Source of the DNA: an uncultured Nitrospirales bacterium
GTDB lineage: Bacteria; Hydrogenedentota; Hydrogenedentia; Hydrogenedentales; CAILVY01
DNA: 64,000 bases
Assembly (NCBI GenBank): GCA_964474205.1
Contig: CAYYRW010000005.1
Span: 154,161-218,160, forward strand
Direction of reading: 5' to 3'
The notes beneath the pieces were generated by a model. That model did no database searches and was not told where the DNA came from. It saw only the letters and a program-made list of their open reading frames with translations. The translations under genes were made by a program, and so were the position numbers. This document shows, piece by piece, positions 47,290-60,138 of this stretch (position 1 is its first letter; each line of letters begins with the position of its first letter).

Positions 47290-48396
47290 TCAGTGCGCCA
47301 GATGGTCTTTGACCGCCGCAATCACTTCATCCAGGTGTTCCGGGGTCAATTCCGGCACAATCGGCAGCGCCAGCACTTCGCGGCTCGCCCGGTCCGCCTC
47401 GGGACACTGCGCCTTTTCACAGCCATAGGGCTTAAAACAGTCCTGCCGATGCAACGGGAGCGGGTAAAACACCCCGCAGCCGATGCCGCGCTCCTGGAAC
47501 AGCTTCCGGGCTTCATCCCGCCGCGGCAACCGGATTACATACTGATGATACACATGATAATTCCCTAAAGCCTCCTCCGGAACCGTCACCTCCGGCATTG
47601 CACTAAAATGCTGCGTATAATACCGCGCGTTCGCGCGCCGCTGCTCATTCCACTCCGTTAAATACTGCAATTTGACGTTCAACACCGCCGCCTGAATCGC
47701 ATGAAGGTGGCTGTTCGTGCCCACAATTGAATGGATATACGTGGTTCCCGCCCCGTGCGCCCGCAACAGCCGAACCTTTTCCGCCATCGCCGCATCCGTC
47801 GCCGCCACCATCCCGCCTTCCCCCGCCGCCCCCAGATTCTTCGTCGGATAAAAACTAATCGCGCCCGCCTGGCCCATCGAACACGCCGGACGCCCCTGAT
47901 ACGACGCACCCAAGGCTTGCGCCGAATCTTCGATAACCGCCAAGCCATGCCGCTGTGCCATTTCCAGCAACGGCATCATGTCCGCGCATTGCCCATAGAG
48001 ATGCACGGGCACAATCGCCCGGGTCCGAGGCGTAATCAATCCTTCGATCTGAGCAACGTTTATAGTGAACGTGACGGGATCAATATCCGCGAATACCGGG
48101 ATGCCCCCCGCATTCACAATCGCCCCCGCCGTCGCAAAAAACGTGAACGGGGTGGTGATTACCTCATCGCCGGGGTTCAGCGAAAGGGCTTTCAAGGGGA
48201 GCAGCAAGGCATCCGTGCCCGTTGACACGCCCATCGCTTGGTGTGTTTGCGTCATCGCGGCAATCGCCTGTTCAAGACGCTCCACCTGCGGCCCGCCGCG
48301 GAACTGCTGCGAAGCCAACACCTCCGCCACCGCCGCATCAATCTCCGGTTTAAGCCGCGCATACTGCTTCTTCAAATCCATCATCGGAACAGACAC
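47290..48396 (-). CDS. DegT/DnrJ/EryC1/StrS aminotransferase
   Basis: STGTDAL, PFTFFAT, PVHLYGQ, IEDSAQA, SFYPTKNLG, VYHQY; GTG start with AGGAG RBS. Confidence 0.92.
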   Translation of the reverse strand: MSVPMMDLKKQYARLKPEIDAAVAEVLASQQFRGGPQVERLEQAIAAMTQTHQAMGVSTGTDALLLPLKALSLNPGDEVITTPFTFFATAGAIVNAGGIPVFADIDPVTFTINVAQIEGLITPRTRAIVPVHLYGQCADMMPLLEMAQRHGLAVIEDSAQALGASYQGRPACSMGQAGAISFYPTKNLGAAGEGGMVAATDAAMAEKVRLLRAHGAGTTYIHSIVGTNSHLHAIQAAVLNVKLQYLTEWNEQRRANARYYTQHFSAMPEVTVPEEALGNYHVYHQYVIRLPRRDEARKLFQERGIGCGVFYPLPLHRQDCFKPYGCEKAQCPEADRASREVLALPIVPELTPEHLDEVIAAVKDHLAH

Positions 48397-48451
48397 TGTA
48401 CTTTCTCCTGAAAAAATCACTTCGGAGCGTAACAAATGCCACCCGTTAAAG

Positions 48452-48493
48452 TAAAAAATAAAACCCGGACGGAGCGCTCCGCCCCGTCCGGTT
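48452..48493 (-). terminator. Intrinsic terminator downstream of the OmpA gene
   Basis: CCGGACGG / CCGTCCGG stem; plus-strand A-run gives a U-tract on the minus strand. Confidence 0.65.
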
Positions 48494-48515
48494 ATGGTTA
48501 TCGAATCATTCGTTC

Positions 48516-49643
48516 TTAGAGAACGCTTAACTCGACCCGGCGATTCTTGTACATGTTCGCGGGGGAATCATTGGGAACCAGCGGTTTGCTCTCGCCGAAG
48601 CCCTTGGATTCCAGACGCGCCGCATCCACGCCGCGCTTGATCAGCGAATCTTTTACCGCCGCTGCGCGCCGTTCAGACAGTTTCTGATTGTATTCATCCG
48701 ATGCATTGGAGTCCGTATGTCCGTCCACACTGATCCGGACATTTGGATTGTTCTTCAAGACCGTGGCCACTTCATTCAATTCGGCGTCGAATTCCGGCTT
48801 GATCACCGCGCTGTCGTTGTCGAAATTCACATTCTGCAACACCCAGCAGCCGCGCTCATCCACTTTCGCGCCCTTGGGCGTGCCCGGGCACTGATCTTTG
48901 TCGTCATACACGCCGTCGCCATCGCTGTCGATTGGCCCTTTGGGCGCTTCCGCTTTCGGGCCGAAGAAAATGTCCCGAACCAGGCCTTCCAGGGCCGCGG
49001 CGGAATTCAGCGTCAGGCCGTCATAGGCTTTTCCGCATCCATTCACCGTGGCCATGTCCGCCAGCAATTTCTTTCCACACTCGCAATTACCCACATGCAC
49101 GGTGTAGATGCACAGTTCTCCGCCGTGTGCCGCTTTCAGTTCTTTGCACGCATCCAATACCGCCTGCGGACTGAACACTTCGCCGTCCGAGAACACCAGC
49201 AGGGCGCCGCGTCCGCCTTTGCCTTCCACGTCCTTTTTCAGCCCTTTCAGCGCCGTGGAAAGAGGCGTATAGCCGCCCAGCCACTTCAAACCCGCCGCGC
49301 TCTTATTCATGCCCTCCCGGCAATAGGGGGCCAGGGGATTCTTCATCCAGGTGGGTGGGGGAGTGCCCGCGAAGGAATTCAATCCGGAAAGGTACTTCCC
49401 ATCCGGCATCGAACCCACAAATCCCTGAACCAGCGCCTTTTCATAGTCAAACGCCCCATTGACACCCAGCGAGTCTGTGGCATCCGCCAGGATAATGAGT
49501 TGATCCCGGACGATCTGCTCATTGGCCTTGGGAACCACCGGCCCCACAGTCAGGCCCTTGGTACTCGGAAACGTAACGCACCCTGTAATCGCAACTATCA
49601 TGAGTACGCTCAAGGTCATACCCAACACCCATGTCTTCTTCAT
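48516..49643 (-). CDS. Lipoprotein with VWA domain, TSP3-like repeat and OmpA peptidoglycan-binding domain
   Basis: Lipobox ITGC; LADATDS, FSDG; DSDGDGVYDDKDQC; VNFDND, DGHTDS..YNQKLSERRA, NRRVE. Confidence 0.88.
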   Translation of the reverse strand: MKKTWVLGMTLSVLMIVAITGCVTFPSTKGLTVGPVVPKANEQIVRDQLIILADATDSLGVNGAFDYEKALVQGFVGSMPDGKYLSGLNSFAGTPPPTWMKNPLAPYCREGMNKSAAGLKWLGGYTPLSTALKGLKKDVEGKGGRGALLVFSDGEVFSPQAVLDACKELKAAHGGELCIYTVHVGNCECGKKLLADMATVNGCGKAYDGLTLNSAAALEGLVRDIFFGPKAEAPKGPIDSDGDGVYDDKDQCPGTPKGAKVDERGCWVLQNVNFDNDSAVIKPEFDAELNEVATVLKNNPNVRISVDGHTDSNASDEYNQKLSERRAAAVKDSLIKRGVDAARLESKGFGESKPLVPNDSPANMYKNRRVELSVL

Positions 49644-49899
49644 AGCCTGTCCCTCCTTCGTTTTTACCAACCCGCAACAACCGCCTCTGGGCCACCCCAG
49701 AAACATAAAACTATCCCGCTATTCTTTCTCGAATAGATGAATAGGATTTACCATGCTCCTCCACGTACATTAAAACTTCTTTGCGATGCTTTTTATTCCC
49801 AGTTTTGTCAACTGTCTCACCGCCTTCGCGCGTCATCCCGCATACAACCCAAAATTGACGCATTTCAAGTATAGCACCAATGATAGTCTTTGAAAAGGA

Positions 49900-51240
49900 T
49901 TATTTTCCCTGTAGCCGGACCGTAAACCGGTTTTCACCGGTCTTCAGGTCATAGCGAAGAAATAACAATTCGCGCGGCAGGATTTTCCCCTCAAGAAGCC
50001 CCGGTGCCTCCCCTATTTGATACAGGCTATAATCCCCCCATAAGGTGATTCCAAAGGGCATGGGGGAGGGGCTGTGCACGGACAACTCGATTTCCCGGCT
50101 CCAACTATATTGTGTATTATGAATCAAGCGCACACAAGGAATGGTGGGTTCCGCATAATATGCCGTGGAGTCCCAGGTCCGCCCATAGTTTCGAATACAG
50201 ACCGGCTGCACCCGCCCGTCCACGAACATCATCTGTGCTCCTTGATCACAATAAAAAAACGTCTTTGGCCAGGGACCGGGGCTTGTATTCCAGGCGTAAT
50301 CCGGATTCGGGCGGGAGTGGGGGATATAATCCCACAGCATATACGAGGGGGGCATGGCGTCATACGTTGTACGATAGAGGCGGGCGGCTTCTCCCAGTGT
50401 CATCATGCGGGCATGCGGCTGAATATGCTTGACAAATTCCCGAAGCAAAATGGCCGCCTCGCGGATGTCCTCTTCGGTATAGCAGTACCAGCCTTCATTC
50501 CGCTCCATTTCATGCGCTTCCTGATGCTGCAAGAGGAACACATGCCGGTTATACCGGGTATTGCGCAGATAGTTGTCCGCCACGCCTTTCCAATACCCAA
50601 TATTCTCCCAGGAACATAGCCCGCCCCGCGCCACGTCATTCGGGTCGGTGCTGTATAAACACGGATTGCCGCTGTGAAAACTATTGAGCAAATCGCGGGA
50701 AGTCCATTCCATCGCCACCACGCTTCGCCCCGGCGCGGGGCGAAGCCGGTCCTCCGGATGCATGTAATAACATCCCCAGGGGCACCCCCGGTCCGTAATC
50801 TGGTCCACTTCAATCTGTTCCCAGCAGAATCCCCACAACCCTTCCATGCCCAAGGCATTGCACATCCGCACAATATCCTTATCCGTGTGCCCCGCCGCCA
50901 CCGTCACTTCCGCCCAGGGCAACGATTTTCGGATGCCGTCCCGGGCCGCCGCCAACCGTCCAATTTTCTCCTGCAATGTTCCTGCAAAATCCCCTTGGCC
51001 CGTCACCAGTTCCGGCTGCGCGGCCGCCACGTCATCCCCATGCGCGTTATGCCATTCGGTCAGTTCGCGGGCTGCGAGCCGCGCCGATTCGGGCGAGACA
51101 ATCCAGGTTATCTTGACCCCGAACGGATGCAGCGTTTCCGCCAGCAGCCGCATGCCCTGGATGCAGGTCACGTCATTCGTGTGCCGGGACGCCAGACTGG
51201 CAAAGGTATAAATCAACTCGCCCATGCTTTGCTTCTCCAT
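49900..51240 (-). CDS. Hypothetical protein, possible deacetylase/glycoside hydrolase-like barrel
   Basis: 446-aa ORF co-oriented with the mla operon; KITW, GLWG.CW, GCPW motifs reminiscent of DUF3863/NodB-like folds (weak). Confidence 0.55.
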   Translation of the reverse strand: MEKQSMGELIYTFASLASRHTNDVTCIQGMRLLAETLHPFGVKITWIVSPESARLAARELTEWHNAHGDDVAAAQPELVTGQGDFAGTLQEKIGRLAAARDGIRKSLPWAEVTVAAGHTDKDIVRMCNALGMEGLWGFCWEQIEVDQITDRGCPWGCYYMHPEDRLRPAPGRSVVAMEWTSRDLLNSFHSGNPCLYSTDPNDVARGGLCSWENIGYWKGVADNYLRNTRYNRHVFLLQHQEAHEMERNEGWYCYTEEDIREAAILLREFVKHIQPHARMMTLGEAARLYRTTYDAMPPSYMLWDYIPHSRPNPDYAWNTSPGPWPKTFFYCDQGAQMMFVDGRVQPVCIRNYGRTWDSTAYYAEPTIPCVRLIHNTQYSWSREIELSVHSPSPMPFGITLWGDYSLYQIGEAPGLLEGKILPRELLFLRYDLKTGENRFTVRLQGK

Positions 51241-51250
51241 GTGCGGGCTG

Positions 51251-51844
51251 TCAGGAACAGTTCATTATGGCGGCAACGGCTTGCTGGACCACTTGGGCAA
51301 TCGCTTTGCTCATGGCCGCCGCCAAAGCCGGGGCTTTTTTCCCGCCCTCGAGCGGCACTTCGGCGTGCAGCGTATCGGCCCATACGCTGGTGTTGGCCGC
51401 AACATCCCGTACCTCCAAGCGAATCTCCAACTCCGCCGTCCACGAGGATTGCGTGCGGTTCTCATGAAACTTCCGCACATAGCCGGTCAACATTAAATCC
51501 GGCGGCCCCATCTCCGCCGCGTCGCCGACATCCCGAAAACGTTTGCTCGAAGCGAGCGCGTCCGCCAGTGCCTGCGTGACCAGCGCGCCCGGTTTCTGCG
51601 ACCATTCCTCGTCCGCGCGGTACCCCAGCAGATGGTCTTCGCCCACAAACGCCATCCGCCGGTCATACGGTTGCGCCACCGCCAACGGACGGTACCCCAG
51701 CGACTTGTTCAGCGGCGCGGCCGGTTCCACCGCAATCGAAGGATTCACCGTGAAATACCGCGTGGGCACCACGGTCCTCGGGGCAAGACATCCCGCCAGC
51801 AACATCGCCAGCGCGGCGCTCAGGCATGCACGTGTTCGTGTCAT
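51251..51844 (-). CDS. ABC transport auxiliary lipoprotein (PqiC-like)
   Basis: Lipobox LAGC, TRYFT, YDRRMAF, EEWSQKPG, LTGYVRKF. Confidence 0.8.
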   Translation of the reverse strand: MTRTRACLSAALAMLLAGCLAPRTVVPTRYFTVNPSIAVEPAAPLNKSLGYRPLAVAQPYDRRMAFVGEDHLLGYRADEEWSQKPGALVTQALADALASSKRFRDVGDAAEMGPPDLMLTGYVRKFHENRTQSSWTAELEIRLEVRDVAANTSVWADTLHAEVPLEGGKKAPALAAAMSKAIAQVVQQAVAAIMNCS

Positions 51845-52833
51845 TTGAACAGTTCCTTTATTCTACCCTTGCCGCGAAGCATGGCCGAGGGGTCTTCCTT
51901 CAACTGATCCAGGAGGTCGCGCAGGTTGGTAAAGGCCTCGCTGATCTCGTCCAACGATGTGCGCACCGTATATTCCACATTGTCCACTTCGTGCAAGGCA
52001 TTCACGCTCATCGAATCAAATTGTGTCAGCGTCGTTTCCAGCTTCTTGGACACCCCCGCGATATTTTCCAGCACCTGATTCAACTTGCCCTGCAATTCCG
52101 GCACCTGGACCTGGTCCACTTTCCCCTTGATAGTCCCCACCAGTTCATCCACGTTCTTCGTCAGCTTCCGAACATCCTTGGCCAGCGCCTTGAAGTCATC
52201 CACGGCCGATTCCGCTTTGCCGCGCAGGCCCGTAACCGTCTTTTTCGCCTCCCCCACAAAATCATTCCCATTCTCCATAAAGGTCTGGCCATCGTCCAGA
52301 ATCCGGTTCACTTTCTCGATAATGGCCGTCAAATCCCCTTCCTCGATGCCCGCTAGCCCCGTGCTGACCGATTCCGCGATGGACGACATATTCTCGATGA
52401 TATCCTCCATGCGCGAGCTTAGCGCCGTGATGATCGAAACTTTGGGCTTAATCTCGGTTCCGGGCTTCAGGTGCGGCGCCTCGGGATCGCCCCCCGCAAG
52501 CTGAATGCACATGGTCCCCGTTGCGAGACTGTACAACACCAATTGGGCCTCCACCCCTTCATTCAAGGTGACCTTTGTGGGATTTACAATGACATCCACG
52601 TGCGCGCGCCGGTTTGGCGTCACCCGGATATTCTCGACCTTGCCCACCGGCACCCCCATGTACTGCACCACCCCGCCCTCATACAGGCCGAATACCGACT
52701 CATCGAATTCGACCCAATACCGGACGCCCTGTTCCTTGTATAGTCCGGAGATCAAAATAACCCCGGACACCGCCAGTGAAGCGCACATCACCAGGAAAGC
52801 GCCCACCTTCATTTTCTGCGTTCGTGTGGCCAC
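51841..52833 (-). CDS. mlaD: MCE/MlaD family protein
   Basis: KVGAF TM, F.ESVFGLYEGG.VQYMGVPVGKV, helical C-terminus, LKEDPSAMLRG. Confidence 0.88.
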   Translation of the reverse strand: MATRTQKMKVGAFLVMCASLAVSGVILISGLYKEQGVRYWVEFDESVFGLYEGGVVQYMGVPVGKVENIRVTPNRRAHVDVIVNPTKVTLNEGVEAQLVLYSLATGTMCIQLAGGDPEAPHLKPGTEIKPKVSIITALSSRMEDIIENMSSIAESVSTGLAGIEEGDLTAIIEKVNRILDDGQTFMENGNDFVGEAKKTVTGLRGKAESAVDDFKALAKDVRKLTKNVDELVGTIKGKVDQVQVPELQGKLNQVLENIAGVSKKLETTLTQFDSMSVNALHEVDNVEYTVRTSLDEISEAFTNLRDLLDQLKEDPSAMLRGKGRIKELFK

Positions 52834-52851
52834 GAATTCATTCCTTCTCGG

Positions 52852-53624
52852 TCAGATCGTTCGTTGAAGTATATAGTCATCGGGCCGCCGTTCAAAAAAC
52901 TGCCGCACCCGTTCAACCGTTGTCTGTTCCACCTCGTCCAACGTCCCATCAAAAACCACCCTTCCCCGGTCCAGCATCAATACCCGGTCCGCTATCTTGC
53001 GGATGGAATCCAGTTCATGGGTCACAATCACAAACGTGATTCCAAGCATTCGCCGGAGGTCCAGGATTAGTTCATCCAGCCCGCAGGCCATAATCGGATC
53101 AAGGCCCGCCGAGGGTTCGTCAAAATACACCAGCGGCGGGTCCAGCGCAATCGCGCGCGCCAACCCCGCGCGCTTGCGCATCCCCCCGGACAACTCGTCC
53201 GGCATCAGATGCGCCACGCCGGCCAATCCCACCAGCCCCAGCTTCATGCGGACCACCGCCTGGATCAGCGGCTCATCCATGTTGCCATATTCGCGCAACG
53301 GCAGCGCCACATTGTCGCCCACCGTCATCGAATTCAACAACCCGCTGGTCTGGAAGGCAATCCCGATGGACCGCTGCATTTTCGCCAGGCCGTCCTCCTC
53401 CATGGGAACGATATCCTCCCCCTGATAAATGATTTGGCCGGAGGAAGGTTTCAGCAGACCGCACATGTGTTTCAACAGCGTGGTTTTCCCGCAACCGCTG
53501 CCGCCGATGATCACATACACCGCGCCCCGCGGCACCGCCAGCGAGACATGGTCCAGAACCTGTGTTTCGCCATAATGCGTGACCAGGTCCCGCACTTCAA
53601 TAATGCTATGGTTGTTTTCTGTAT

Positions 53625-53628
<4 letters not shown>
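52852..53628 (-). CDS. mlaF: MlaF-like ABC ATPase
   Basis: GGSGCGKTT, LSGGMRKRAGLARA, FDEPSAGLDP, VTHE. Confidence 0.92.
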
Positions 53629-56995
<3,367 letters not shown>

Positions 56996-57051
56996 TTACA
57001 CGAGTGGGCACTAATATGCTACCCTGTACCCATGGCGCGGCCGCCCCAAGG

Positions 57052-57080
57052 TTGAAATTGCCGCGTTGAGTTTCTACTAT
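57052..57080 (+). promoter_or_regulatory. Sigma-70 promoter for the hydrolase-moxR operon
   Basis: TTGAAA, N17, TACTAT. Confidence 0.55.
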
Positions 57081-57132
57081 GCCTGGAGTATCGGCTGGAT
57101 GATGTACATGAATCTTTGGAGACAACAACCGT

Positions 57133-58098
57133 ATGCTTGACCTTGCAAAAGTTAAATCACCGGTGGAGTGGACTGCCATGCGCAGCCAAATCGAGGCGGC
57201 GGTGCTGGACGTCATCGGCCCCGTCTCCAAAGATCGCATTGACCTCCAACTCAAAACCGTCGATGAAGTCGAATTCCGCGGCTATGTCCGCAAACGCATC
57301 AATTATTTCGTGGACGCCTGGGACCGCATCTCCGCGTGGCTCTTTGTGCCCGATGGAAAAGACGAGGCCCCCGGCATTTTATGCTGCCATCAGCAGGTGC
57401 CGCAGGGAAAAGATGAACCCGCCGGCCTTGAAGGCGAAGCCCGGATGGCCCTCGCCCAGCATTATGCCGAACACGGCTTTGTGACCCTTGCCCCCGATTG
57501 CATCACGGCCGGGGACCGCGTTTCCATGAAACTCAAACCCTACGACGCCAAAACATTCTACAAAGACAACCCCAAAGGCTCCGTCACCGCCAAAATGCTG
57601 GCCGACCACATGCGCGCCATAGATGTCTTCTCGGAAGTCAAGCGGGTGGATGCCGCGCGCGTCGGGGTTGTCGGCCATGGCCTCGGCGCCTACAACGCCA
57701 TGTTGCTCGCCGCCTTTGACGACCGCATCCAAGCCTGCGTGGCCAGTTGCGGGTTCACCCGTTTTGCCACGGACAAAGAACCGGAACGCTGGTTTCCCGA
57801 AGAAGGGTTCATTCTGCTCCCGAAACTGAAGGAAATCATCAAATCCGGAAAATATCCCTTCGATTGGGAACACATCCTGGCCTTGGCCGCGCCAAGCCCC
57901 ACCCTGATAATTACCACGCTCACCGAGGCTGCGTATACCAATCCCCGAAGTTGCCAGAAAGCCGTTACCACGGCGAGCCGCATCTATAAACTGTTGGGCG
58001 CCCCCAGCGCCATCGACTACTACGGGCACCATGACGGGCACCGAATCACCCCCGGGACCCTGGAAGTGGCCGACGAATGGTTTGAACGCTGGCTGTAA
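57133..58098 (+). CDS. Dienelactone hydrolase-like alpha/beta hydrolase with Gly at the nucleophile position
   Basis: ISAWLFVP, PGILCCH, GFVTLAPD, RVGVVGHGLGA, DWEHILALAAP, HDGH. Confidence 0.8.
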   Translation: MLDLAKVKSPVEWTAMRSQIEAAVLDVIGPVSKDRIDLQLKTVDEVEFRGYVRKRINYFVDAWDRISAWLFVPDGKDEAPGILCCHQQVPQGKDEPAGLEGEARMALAQHYAEHGFVTLAPDCITAGDRVSMKLKPYDAKTFYKDNPKGSVTAKMLADHMRAIDVFSEVKRVDAARVGVVGHGLGAYNAMLLAAFDDRIQACVASCGFTRFATDKEPERWFPEEGFILLPKLKEIIKSGKYPFDWEHILALAAPSPTLIITTLTEAAYTNPRSCQKAVTTASRIYKLLGAPSAIDYYGHHDGHRITPGTLEVADEWFERWL

Positions 58099-58112
58099 TC
58101 CCGGAGTATTTC

Positions 58113-59060
58113 ATGGACAGGCAAGCCGTTGATCAGGCCCAAAAGCTCGTTGAAAACGTCGAACGCGTCGTCTTTGGCAAATATGAAGTGGTGAAGCTTT
58201 GCATTGTAGGACTCCTCGCGCGGGGGCATATCCTCATTGAAGACGTCCCCGGCATCGGAAAAACCACCATTGCCCAAGCCATTGCCCGCTCCCTGGATTG
58301 CTCGTTTTGCCGCATCCAATTCACCAGCGACATGCTCCCCTCGGACATTCTGGGGGTTTCCATCCTCGATCCCAAAACACAGGAGTTCAAGTTTCGGCAG
58401 GGGCCCATTTTCGCCAATGTGGTGCTGGCGGACGAAGTGAACCGCACCCCCCCGAAAACCCAGAGCGCCTTGTTGGAAGCCATGAGTGAAAATCAGGTCT
58501 CCGTGGACGGGAAAACCTATCCGCTTCCCAGACCCTTCATTGTCATGGCCACCCAAAACCCCATTGAATACGAAGGCACGTACACCCTCCCTGAATCCCA
58601 ACTGGACCGTTTTCTCCTGAGGGCCGAGATTGGGTACCCACCCGCCGCCGACGAGTTGCGCATCATGCGCCGGCGTGATCCCCTGAAAGACCTGGCGGAA
58701 CTGCAGCCCGTGCTGACCGCCGCGAATCTCGTGCATATGCAAGATTGCGTCGGCCAAATACACGTGGATGAGTCCGTGGCGCAGTACATGCTCGCCATTG
58801 TACAAGCCACCCGCGCCCATGAACAGATTCAACTGGGGGCCAGCCCCCGCGGCGCGTTGTCCTTTTACGAAGCCTGTCAGGCCCGCGCCATGGTGGAGGG
58901 AAAAGACTTTGTTACCCCCGCCGATGTGAAACACATGGCCGGACCCGTTCTCGGCCACCGAATCCTCATAAAATCCCGTGGCGCCGATCTCGCCACTGCG
59001 GCCCGCGAACGCGCCCGCGTCATCACCGAAATCCTGAAAACCATCAAGGCCCCGGACTAA
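58113..59060 (+). CDS. MoxR-family AAA+ ATPase
   Basis: EDVPGIGKT, RIQFTSDMLPSD, LADEVNRTPPKTQSALLEAM, ATQNP, LPESQLDRF, GASPRG. Confidence 0.95.
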   Translation: MDRQAVDQAQKLVENVERVVFGKYEVVKLCIVGLLARGHILIEDVPGIGKTTIAQAIARSLDCSFCRIQFTSDMLPSDILGVSILDPKTQEFKFRQGPIFANVVLADEVNRTPPKTQSALLEAMSENQVSVDGKTYPLPRPFIVMATQNPIEYEGTYTLPESQLDRFLLRAEIGYPPAADELRIMRRRDPLKDLAELQPVLTAANLVHMQDCVGQIHVDESVAQYMLAIVQATRAHEQIQLGASPRGALSFYEACQARAMVEGKDFVTPADVKHMAGPVLGHRILIKSRGADLATAARERARVITEILKTIKAPD

Positions 59061-59061
59061 T

Positions 59062-60138
59062 ATGCGCCTCGTTCGCGGCAAAAGGGCGGGCAATCGTTTC
59101 ACCCGTTCAGGAGGCGCGTTTGGCCTCATCGCCTTCTTGCTCTTGTTTGCCGCGTGGAATACCGGAAACAACCTGTTTTATCTGGTCTTGGGCGGCGTCC
59201 TCAGTTTCATGTTCATTTCGGTGATCCTCATGTTTTGGGATATGCGCCGTCTCGTTATGCAACGGGAAGTCCCCGCCGCCGTATACCGCATGGAACCCTT
59301 CCTCGCCGGCGTCCGCGTCGAAAACCACAAACGTTTCCTGCCCGCCATGGGCCTCGGAATCTCCCGGCAAGATTCCCCGAAGAAACTCCTGGGGGCTATT
59401 ACCAAAATTCCCGCACGGGGCGCCGCCCTCCTGAACATTCCCATGACCATGGAAAAACGCGGTGTGCATCCCCTGCCGCCCTTCATCCTCCACACCAGCT
59501 TCCCCTTCGGCCTCATGGAACGCCGGAAGCGGTATCAGGACAACCTTGAAATCCTCGTATACCCCAGGGTGAGCCCCTTGCGCACCGCTGTGGTTGAACA
59601 AATGCCCGGGCCCTCCGCCGCCGCGCGGACAATCACGGCGGACGGTGATGAGTTCTTCAGCCTGCGCGAGTACCTGCCCGGCGACGAACTGCGCCGCGTG
59701 GCCTGGCGCATCAGTGCGCGCATGGGCGTCTGGATGGTCCGGGAAATGTCCCTGCATCATTCCCGCTATGTGACCTTTGCCCTGGACACGCGAATCGTGC
59801 CGGACCTGCCGGACTTCGAGGAGCGTTTTGAAGAAGCCATCGAATTAACCGCTTCCCTCGCGATTTCCCTCCTGAAACGCCACTATCATGTCGGTATTGC
59901 CGCCCCCGGCGCCGCGCTCGAAGCAGGCGATGGAACCCATCACGAACGCAAAATACTCGATATGCTCGCCAAAGTGGTTCCATTCCGGGAAACCATGGAT
60001 TTCGACGCTTTTTTACATTCCCTTGAACATCAGGAAGCACGGTTGATCTGTATTTCCCCCGATCCCCGGCAATGGGGGAACAAAGCCGCCTTCGGCGCCC
60101 TGTACACCCTGAATCTCAATGAGGTGGTCCATGCCTGA
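59062..60138 (+). CDS. DUF58 domain protein
   Basis: N-terminal TM pair (NTGNNL), FPFGL, LVYP, EFFSLREYLPGD..RRVAW..SAR. Confidence 0.9.
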   Translation: MRLVRGKRAGNRFTRSGGAFGLIAFLLLFAAWNTGNNLFYLVLGGVLSFMFISVILMFWDMRRLVMQREVPAAVYRMEPFLAGVRVENHKRFLPAMGLGISRQDSPKKLLGAITKIPARGAALLNIPMTMEKRGVHPLPPFILHTSFPFGLMERRKRYQDNLEILVYPRVSPLRTAVVEQMPGPSAAARTITADGDEFFSLREYLPGDELRRVAWRISARMGVWMVREMSLHHSRYVTFALDTRIVPDLPDFEERFEEAIELTASLAISLLKRHYHVGIAAPGAALEAGDGTHHERKILDMLAKVVPFRETMDFDAFLHSLEHQEARLICISPDPRQWGNKAAFGALYTLNLNEVVHA